In this document: one piece after another, positions 30,387 to 36,193 of the stretch
How positions within the stretch are numbered: the stretch's first letter is position 1
Layout: each line of letters begins with the position of its first letter
Virus genome (UHGV): UHGV-0315046
Origin: a virus
Length of the DNA stretch: 36,193 bases
Strand: one strand, 5' to 3'
Position numbers and translations under genes: made by a program
Notes under the pieces: model-generated
The model's input: the letters and a program-made list of their open reading frames with translations, nothing else
Told to the model about the DNA's origin: nothing
Databases searched by the model: none

Positions 30387-30755
30387 ATGGTTGGAACCGC
30401 TATAGCAAGCTTTTTGGGGATGTTGGCAATCTCAACAATTTACGGCTTAGCGCATGCTTTTATTGCGAAATCTCTATCAGAAAAAATAAGCCAGGCTTGG
30501 GCGCATAGATCTGCTCGTTTCATGATTCTAGTGGTCATAGCAATACAAGGGATATCTGCATTTATCCTCTATGGATCAAGCTTATACCTGTTGTATCAAG
30601 GCGCGACATTTACGCCTTACACCAGTGATTACGGAACTCTATACGATGGTAGTGAAGACATCTCTATGGCTTGGATCGTCTTTGGTTTATCTATGGCCGT
30701 GTCTGTTGTAGCAGACATCATTAAGGTAATTCTCGTCTTAACCTTCGCTGACTAA
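30387..30755 (+). CDS. Small multi-pass membrane protein co-transcribed with cI (rexB-position moron)
   Basis: Start refined to MVGTAIASFLG... with AAGGGG upstream; about four hydrophobic helices by inspection; begins 18 bp after the cI stop and ends before OL. Confidence 0.55.
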   Translation: MVGTAIASFLGMLAISTIYGLAHAFIAKSLSEKISQAWAHRSARFMILVVIAIQGISAFILYGSSLYLLYQGATFTPYTSDYGTLYDGSEDISMAWIVFGLSMAVSVVADIIKVILVLTFAD

Positions 30756-30834
30756 CCCATAATCCCGGCAGCAATAGCTATCGGGATCCACTTCACATAT
30801 CCCGCATAAAAAGCACTGAACAAGCAGACACCGA

Positions 30835-30930
30835 AAAAATAAATATCCTTTGTATTCATTTGCTTATCATTATTTTATCAAAAATAAATACCTTGGGTAT
30901 TTACACAATAAAATACCTACAGTATTCTTT
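30835..30930. promoter_or_regulatory. OL operator / PL promoter region
   Basis: Operator palindromes with the same half-sites as OR: AATACCttgGGTATT, AATACCtacAGTATT and a degenerate AATATcctttGTATT. Confidence 0.55.
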
Positions 30931-30972
30931 AGCCATCAGCAGGACGCTGGTAGCCAAACGGAACAGATTGGC

Positions 30973-31015
30973 AGGCTCTTTAACATTGATGGGATTGTCC
31001 CGCCGAAATGCGGGA
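30973..31015 (+). promoter_or_regulatory. nutL (boxA plus boxB hairpin)
   Basis: GGCTCTTTAAC followed by TCCCGC-CGAAAT-GCGGGA, identical in boxB to the nutR copy, about 110 nt upstream of N. Confidence 0.5.
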
Positions 31016-31121
31016 ACCAAAGAGTAGTTGGCTTTGGGGTGACGTGAAGTGCAGCTGCACGACGGCAACCGGAAGATAAGCCCCGGCGCGTCACCGCCAA
31101 AGTCAATCATCGGAGGTCAAC

Positions 31122-31421
31122 ATGACAGTAGTCATTACATATCTGGCTGACGATAACGCCAGAAATCGCCGCAGAGCACGCAGACAGGCTCAACGTGAGC
31201 AGGTAATGCAAGAGCAGCGACTGGCGCGAAAAATTGCGCTAAAGCTCTCTGGTTGCGTCAGAGCAGACAAAGCAGCATCACTCGGAAGCCTTCGCTGCAA
31301 TAAGGCAGAAGAAGTCGAGCGTAAACAGAACCGTATTTACTACCGAAAGCCACGCAGTGAAATGGGTGTGACTTGTGTTGGTCGCCAGAAAATGAAATTA
31401 GGCAGCAAACCACTTATTTGA
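31122..31421 (+). CDS. N: N-type transcription antiterminator
   Basis: 99 aa; arginine-rich N-terminal motif (NARNRRRARRQAQREQ); C-terminus RIYYRKPRSEMGVTCVGRQKMKLGSKPLI resembles the lambda N C-terminus. Confidence 0.8.
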   Translation: MTVVITYLADDNARNRRRARRQAQREQVMQEQRLARKIALKLSGCVRADKAASLGSLRCNKAEEVERKQNRIYYRKPRSEMGVTCVGRQKMKLGSKPLI

Positions 31422-31429
31422 GGTGAGAT

Positions 31430-31900
31430 ATGACAAAATCATGGAGCGTACCTTTTCCTGAATCAGAAACTGAACATGATGGAATGCCTGTTTTCTGGAG
31501 ATTCCAAGCGACAGTTGAAGAAGATGGAATCAAAATATTCGCACTTCAATATATAGCTTTTCATCAGACAGAGCATTATGCATGGTTGGTTCCTGCGCAT
31601 TGGATTGTTGATTTTAAACCAGCACCAAATCAGTGGTTACAGGAATGGAAACAAAGGAGAAATAGATATGCAATTAAGAAAGTAGCAAAAAATGCAGAAA
31701 GATCTTTTGCATTCCCAACGAAGAAACTTGCCATTGAGAGTTTATTGCGCCGGAAGAAATACCATTTAATGAGAATCAAACAAGATTTTGCTGTTGTATC
31801 AACTCTTGTTGATGGGATGAAGAATATTGATACATCAACACCAGATATTGAATATAACTTTGGACACAACCAAGAAACAGAAAATTGGGTATTCTACTAG
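31430..31900 (+). CDS. Hypothetical early-left protein (moron candidate in the ral/sieB slot)
   Basis: 156 aa, starts 9 bp after N with GAGGTGAG upstream; Trp/His-rich N-terminal half, basic middle; AT-rich; followed by a terminator. Confidence 0.55.
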   Translation: MTKSWSVPFPESETEHDGMPVFWRFQATVEEDGIKIFALQYIAFHQTEHYAWLVPAHWIVDFKPAPNQWLQEWKQRRNRYAIKKVAKNAERSFAFPTKKLAIESLLRRKKYHLMRIKQDFAVVSTLVDGMKNIDTSTPDIEYNFGHNQETENWVFY

Positions 31901-31930
31901 GCCGCATAGTCGGCCTTTATTTTTGGCATA
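31899..31930 (+). terminator. Intrinsic terminator (tL1-like)
   Basis: Hairpin AGGCCG-catagt-CGGCCT followed by TTATTTTT. Confidence 0.55.
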
Positions 31931-31940
31931 AACAACAGAG

Positions 31941-32225
31941 GTGGATATGAAAGAGTTTAAGGGTACGCCTGGTAAATGGAAGTACACGGTTAGAAACGTC
32001 AACGAGATGATGACTACGTTCCATGGTGTGACGATTGGTGACACATACATTGAAGCAGCAACAAGAAATGAAAGGGAGGATGCGCTACTGATAGCAGCAG
32101 CTCCTGATTTGCTTGAAGCACTGCAAGAGCTTGTCTTCCTTTACGAGCATGACGAAGGGTGCAGAGAGTTAACCGAATACAAACGAGCCAAGGCAGCAAT
32201 CAGCAAGGCTCTGGGAGGTGAATGA
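31941..32225 (+). CDS. Small hypothetical protein, paralog A of an EFKGTPG-W family
   Basis: 94 aa; shares EFKGTPGxW, (I/T)AAAP(D/E)LLEALQ and AIxKALG with the ORF at 32892-33134. Confidence 0.55.
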   Translation: MDMKEFKGTPGKWKYTVRNVNEMMTTFHGVTIGDTYIEAATRNEREDALLIAAAPDLLEALQELVFLYEHDEGCRELTEYKRAKAAISKALGGE

Positions 32226-32434
32226 TGTGCGAGTTTTATGAAGCAGATATCAAACGCCCAGAAATGGCAAGTGATGCGACATTACGTGATTACTTCGCTG
32301 CTAAGGCTATGGCAGCAATAGTGCGCAGATGGGACGGACATTCCTTTGGCGGTGGACAGAATTCACCACAGTACAAAGAATTAGCAGATGATGCCTACTT
32401 TATTGCTGATGCCATGCTCAAAGCTCGCGAATAA
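32222..32434 (+). CDS. Hypothetical protein
   Basis: 70 aa, ATGA-coupled to the upstream ORF with GGAGGTGA upstream. Confidence 0.45.
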   Translation: MMCEFYEADIKRPEMASDATLRDYFAAKAMAAIVRRWDGHSFGGGQNSPQYKELADDAYFIADAMLKARE

Positions 32435-32527
32435 GCACTGTGTATTCATTCCAACGAGTGAATACACGGAGCAATGTCGCTCGTAACTAAACAGGAGCCG
32501 ACTTGTTCTGATTATTGGAAATCTTCT

Positions 32528-32556
32528 TTGCCCTCCAGTGTGAGGGCCTTTTTATA
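32528..32556 (+). terminator. Putative intrinsic terminator upstream of cIII
   Basis: Hairpin CCCTC-cagtgtg-GAGGG followed by CCTTTTTAT. Confidence 0.4.
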
Positions 32557-32619
32557 TGCATACCAATAACGCTTCACTCGAGGCGTTTTCGTTATGCAAT
32601 CAAATATAAGGAGTTACCC

Positions 32620-32754
32620 ATGATGCACTTTCAGCTCGCGGGTAGCGGCGTCATGTCCGCTTTCTACCCGCACGAATCTGAATTATCACGCCGAGTTAAA
32701 CAATTAATCAGAGCAGCAAAGAAACAACTGGAGGCGTTATGCACAATGAAATAG
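32620..32754 (+). CDS. cIII: CIII-like protease inhibitor
   Basis: 44 aa from the internal Met with TAAGGAG upstream; amphipathic helix ESELSRRVKQLIRAAKKQL resembles lambda CIII (ESLLERITRKLRDGWKRL). Confidence 0.55.
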   Translation: MMHFQLAGSGVMSAFYPHESELSRRVKQLIRAAKKQLEALCTMK

Positions 32755-32888
32755 CCATTAATCACCAGATGCTTCGTGCTGCACAGAACAAAGCAGTAAT
32801 AGCCCGATTTATTGGTGATAGTGAAATGTGGATGTCAGCCTACAACGATATGAAGGCGGCAATTGGTTTTCCGTGGCACAGGAAGTGA
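32739..32888 (+). CDS. kil: Kil-like small protein (host division inhibitor candidate), below the ORF-track length cutoff
   Basis: Hand-translated 49 aa: MHNEIAINHQMLRAAQNKAVIARFIGDSEMWMSAYNDMKAAIGFPWHRK; FIGD motif and position after cIII resemble lambda Kil; overlaps the cIII end. Confidence 0.45.
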   Translation: MHNEIAINHQMLRAAQNKAVIARFIGDSEMWMSAYNDMKAAIGFPWHRK

Positions 32889-32891
32889 GTT

Positions 32892-33134
32892 ATGAGCGAA
32901 TTTAAAGGAACTCCCGGTCCGTGGTTTTGGGATGAAGAGGGCTTGGGAAACAAGCATCACATAGTCTTTGGAAAGGGATATCCACTTGAAATGACGAGCA
33001 AGGAAAACAAGACTCTCATTACTGCAGCGCCTGAATTACTGGAAGCTCTGCAGGCTGTAGTTAGAGTAGCAGACCGTCAAACAGATGAGTTTGATATGGC
33101 TCGTTCCGCCATCGACAAGGCACTCGGCAAGTAA
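32892..33134 (+). CDS. Small hypothetical protein, paralog B of the EFKGTPG-W family
   Basis: 80 aa; see paralog A for shared motifs. Confidence 0.55.
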   Translation: MSEFKGTPGPWFWDEEGLGNKHHIVFGKGYPLEMTSKENKTLITAAPELLEALQAVVRVADRQTDEFDMARSAIDKALGK

Positions 33135-33213
33135 ACCACACCAAACACCCATTACCCCTACTCGTCCGGCTATCGCAGACGGGCAGCGCACAACCAAATT
33201 TCAGGAGCCTATT

Positions 33214-33510
33214 ATGGCTGCATATCTCGTTCAAGACCGTATCGAGGCGCAGAACTGGACGCGCCATTATCAGCAAATAGCCAGAGAAGAGCGTGAATCT
33301 GAACTGGCTGATGACCTCGAAAAAGGATTGCCACAGAGCAAACTGGAATCGTTGTGCGTTGACGAGTTGCAACGTCGCGGGGCCAGCAAGAATGCCATTT
33401 CCAAAGCATTCGATGATGACGTCGAGTTTCAGGAAAGGGCCGCTGAATTTATTCGCTACATGGCAGAGACAATTGCTCGCCACCAAACAGATATTGATGA
33501 GGGACAGTAA
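33214..33510 (+). CDS. gam: Gam (RecBCD inhibitor)
   Basis: Start refined to [41 protein letters not shown] with CAGGAGCC upstream; close to lambda GamS as recalled. Confidence 0.85.
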   Translation: MAAYLVQDRIEAQNWTRHYQQIAREERESELADDLEKGLPQSKLESLCVDELQRRGASKNAISKAFDDDVEFQERAAEFIRYMAETIARHQTDIDEGQ

Positions 33511-33512
33511 CG

Positions 33513-34427
33513 ATGAGCATGAGCATTGTTGAGTTCGTTAAACAGCAAGAGCCGCTCTTTGTTGGGGCGGTTACAGACCAATCAGTCACATGGGCTAAGG
33601 AAAGCCAGTTTGCAATTCAGTATTTCCAGAAAAATGATTACCTGGCTAAAACAGCACTGGCAAATCCGACCAGCGCACAGAACGCTATCATCAACGTTGC
33701 GGCGATCGGCATCACCTTAAACCCGGCCAGCAAACTGGCTTATCTGGTTCCGCGCGACGGCATGGTTTGCCTTGATATCAGCTATATGGGATTGCTCCAT
33801 ATTGCAATGGAGTCTGGTGTTATCTCATGGGGTCAGGCAAAACTTGTTCATGCTAACGATACCTATGAGTCAAACGGGCTTGATAAAGCACCAACCCATA
33901 AATACAACGCCTTCGGTGATCGTGGTGATATCGTTGGCGTTTACTGCACAGTTAAGACGCCAGCAGGTGATTATCTAACGGAAGAGATGAGTCTGGCTGA
34001 AATTGAGGCTGTAAGGAAAACAAGCAAGGCAGCATTCAGTGATAAAGGACCATGGGTAAATCACTGGAATGAGATGGCGCGAAAGACGGTCGTAAAGCGT
34101 GCAAGCAAGTATTGGCCTAAGGCATCACGTCTTGATAGTGCTATTCACGTACTAAACGAAGAAGAAGGTGTGTGGACTGAACCAGTTATGCCGCACAAAT
34201 CAGAGGAAGATATCCGCGAAGATGAACGGAAACGCCAGCAGGAAATTATGGAAAAAGCACAACTTCTTTGTGATGAAATGGCTCAGGCAGAAAACATGGA
34301 TGATTTGAAGCGATATTTTTCAGAAGCATATCGCCTGACATCTGGAATGAAATTGCAGCAGAACGTACAAGCCATATACATAGAATGCAAAGCGAAACTG
34401 GAGGTTGCCAGTGAGCAAACTGTATGA
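33513..34427 (+). CDS. recT: RecT-family single-strand annealing recombinase
   Basis: 304 aa; motif GPWVNHWNEMARKTVVKRASKYWP resembles the conserved RecT C-terminal motif; sits at the bet position after gam. Confidence 0.75.
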   Translation: MSMSIVEFVKQQEPLFVGAVTDQSVTWAKESQFAIQYFQKNDYLAKTALANPTSAQNAIINVAAIGITLNPASKLAYLVPRDGMVCLDISYMGLLHIAMESGVISWGQAKLVHANDTYESNGLDKAPTHKYNAFGDRGDIVGVYCTVKTPAGDYLTEEMSLAEIEAVRKTSKAAFSDKGPWVNHWNEMARKTVVKRASKYWPKASRLDSAIHVLNEEEGVWTEPVMPHKSEEDIREDERKRQQEIMEKAQLLCDEMAQAENMDDLKRYFSEAYRLTSGMKLQQNVQAIYIECKAKLEVASEQTV

Positions 34428-34893
34428 AATTGCCAATGAATACGCAAAATTGATGGATTCAGATTTAGAACCAGAGATGATTGCTGACACAATAGAAGGC
34501 ATGGAAGGAGAATTTACCGATAAAATAGAGCAACTTCTTTCCGTCATTAAAAATGAATCTGGTTATGCTGAACGCCTCAAGGAAGAGGCAAAGTCACTGA
34601 ATGAGCGAGCCGCAGTAATCCAAAATAAGATTGACAGCATCAAATCATATATAGCGTCATCGCTTGAAATGGTTGGCAAGAAAAATATTCGAGCAGGTAT
34701 TCACCAGGTAACAATCCGCAAACCGTCAGAAATTGTAGAAATAATCGACTCAAGCGCCCTTCCTCCTGAATACGTTGAGTTTGAAACGACAATTAAAGCC
34801 GACAAACTGGCAATCAAACACCAACTAAAAGCAGGAATAAATATCCCCGGCGCTCAACTCAAAGTTGGGAAACCTTCACTTCTTATCAAATAA
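34411..34893 (+). CDS. Hypothetical protein, possibly Sipho_Gp157-like
   Basis: GTG start preferred (GGAGG 7 nt upstream, overlaps the recT stop); coiled-coil-rich, about 160 aa; family call from memory only. Confidence 0.45.
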   Translation: MSKLYEIANEYAKLMDSDLEPEMIADTIEGMEGEFTDKIEQLLSVIKNESGYAERLKEEAKSLNERAAVIQNKIDSIKSYIASSLEMVGKKNIRAGIHQVTIRKPSEIVEIIDSSALPPEYVEFETTIKADKLAIKHQLKAGINIPGAQLKVGKPSLLIK

Positions 34894-34904
34894 CGGTATC
34901 GCCT

Positions 34905-35219
34905 ATGAAAAAGACTCCATGGGAGAAATGGGAAGTCGATTTCTTGCGCGAAGTAGCGGCGACAATGCCAGTTGAAGTTATCGCTGAAAAACTGGAAAGG
35001 ACTGAAAAAGCAGTAATGGCAAAAGCAACAAGGATTGGCGCTGACATTGTTAACCGACTTCGTGGAAGACGATGGACAAGAGCCGAAGTATCACTTTTCG
35101 GTAAGTTCTCCGCAGAAGAAATAGCAATTGCAACCTGCCGCTCAATTTATTCAGTAAGAGCTATGCGATACAAGCTAAAAAAACTCGATGAAGAAAGAGC
35201 AGGCATACGAATAAATTAA
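34905..35219 (+). CDS. Hypothetical early protein
   Basis: 104-aa basic ORF; weak RBS. Confidence 0.45.
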   Translation: MKKTPWEKWEVDFLREVAATMPVEVIAEKLERTEKAVMAKATRIGADIVNRLRGRRWTRAEVSLFGKFSAEEIAIATCRSIYSVRAMRYKLKKLDEERAGIRIN

Positions 35220-35235
35220 CAAAGAGGAATTTACC

Positions 35236-35400
35236 ATGAGAGGACTTGCATACAATCCCGGCATTCTTCCGGCAGAAATGATTATTCGCCAACGCGTAAA
35301 GCCAATGCCATCGAGAGAGGAATTGCTTAAAAGAAATAGTTTCGGTTCTGTTAATGACAACAAATATCTGAATGCGATGTGGCGGAGTGGGAAGAAATGA
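35236..35400 (+). CDS. Small hypothetical ORF (54 aa), below the ORF-track cutoff
   Basis: Hand-translated [54 protein letters not shown]; AAAGAGGAA upstream; stop overlaps the next start as ATGA. Confidence 0.3.
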   Translation: MRGLAYNPGILPAEMIIRQRVKPMPSREELLKRNSFGSVNDNKYLNAMWRSGKK

Positions 35401-36050
35401 AACAAATGACACTAATTGAGATGGATGGTTTTCTGAAAGGCAAATGCATCCCACGAGATTTAAAGGTTAACGAAACAAACGCTGAATATCTTGTCCGTAA
35501 GTTCGGTGAACTTGAATCAAAACTGGAAACGGCGTTGCGGGAGTGTCGTTCTGCTGGAATCACGATTGATAACCTTGAGGCTAAATGCGCGAAGATGGCT
35601 GCAAAGATAAATGTGATTAACGAACTCATGGAAGTAGCTGAACAGGTCAACAAACTGGCGCAAGAAGAAACAGAAAAACTTGCTCATGAACGCAATACGC
35701 TGGCTGCTGAGAATGCGGGACTGAAGGCGACATGTGAGGACCGTCGAACGTTCATCATGAACGGTGTGCAACTGGGTTATATCAAGGTTCCTACAGTAGA
35801 TACAGACCCGGCACTTGATGCCATTCGTGTTGCTGTGTCACCACAAGAGTCAACCCCAGCCACCGACGATTTCCTGGCTGAAGTGCGGGCGCATGACCTC
35901 AACGCTTTCATTCGGCATCACAGTGCAGAACTGGATGCGCATATTAAAAACGGTGGTGAGCAGTTCGACGAAAAATCAGTACGCATCAGAGACATCATCG
36001 TCTCAGCCCGCTTGTTCAGGGAGCAGATTCGCAAAGGAGTGCAGTCATGA
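35397..36050 (+). CDS. Hypothetical early protein (coiled-coil)
   Basis: Start refined to [11 protein letters not shown]...; 217 aa with a central heptad-rich segment. Confidence 0.55.
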   Translation: MKQMTLIEMDGFLKGKCIPRDLKVNETNAEYLVRKFGELESKLETALRECRSAGITIDNLEAKCAKMAAKINVINELMEVAEQVNKLAQEETEKLAHERNTLAAENAGLKATCEDRRTFIMNGVQLGYIKVPTVDTDPALDAIRVAVSPQESTPATDDFLAEVRAHDLNAFIRHHSAELDAHIKNGGEQFDEKSVRIRDIIVSARLFREQIRKGVQS

Positions 36051-36193
36051 GCAAATCATACATCGTTATTCAGCAGTACTGGTGGTGCAACGAGAAAGGC
36101 CATGGAGTTGAATACACGACAGACGGCGTTGACTTCGATAAGCGCGATAAGGCAATCAAGCATGGTCTGAAAACACAAGGTAGTGATGATTTC
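36047..36193 (+). CDS. Hypothetical protein, 5-prime partial (runs off the window end)
   Basis: ATG overlaps the upstream stop (ATGA); open to the last base of the window. Confidence 0.45.
   Translation, partial: MSKSYIVIQQYWWCNEKGHGVEYTTDGVDFDKRDKAIKHGLKTQGSDDF

Noticed and set aside
32515-32754. 79-aa track ORF as cIII
   Set aside because: The upstream part overlaps a terminator hairpin and lacks an RBS; the CIII-like helix starts at the internal Met at 32620 with TAAGGAG upstream.
1-36193. Integrase/excisionase, transposase or IS element
   Set aside because: No ORF in the window shows integrase or transposase features; int/xis/att presumably lie beyond the right or left end.

Overview
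The window is about 36 kb of a mosaic P22-like (Lederbergvirus-type) temperate phage or prophage from an enterobacterium. It is almost gene-saturated; everything below rests on reading the translations and on motif recall from memory, with no database searches run. Minus strand, right to left: cro, cII, O-like initiator with internal ori iterons, DnaB-type helicase, a nin region (NinB, Dam-like methyltransferase, RusA, YbcO-like, NinH), lambda-type Q with a lambda-like PR-prime/6S/tR-prime late leader, a pinholin/SAR-endolysin/Rz-Rz1 lysis cassette, terminase small and large subunits, portal, scaffold, coat, tail and ejection proteins, a P22-type immI region (mnt, arc, ant) and a chimeric tailspike. 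Plus strand from 29.6 kb: cI repressor, N antiterminator with nutL, cIII, kil, gam, a RecT-family recombinase and hypothetical early genes. int/xis/att are not in the window. The best candidates for undescribed biology are accessory (moron) insertions: (1) a two-gene cassette at 4400-5424 in the sieA-equivalent slot, whose downstream gene resembles a YafO-family toxin but whose upstream partner is a ~188-aa protein with no recognisable antitoxin features; (2) a small multi-pass membrane protein co-transcribed with cI in the rexAB position; (3) a membrane/coiled-coil protein opposing the ejection operon; (4) a two-domain protein with a DUF2829 (Tad2-like) C-terminal half after the lysis genes; (5) a zinc-ribbon ORF translationally coupled to arc; (6) two paralogous small proteins flanking cIII-kil.
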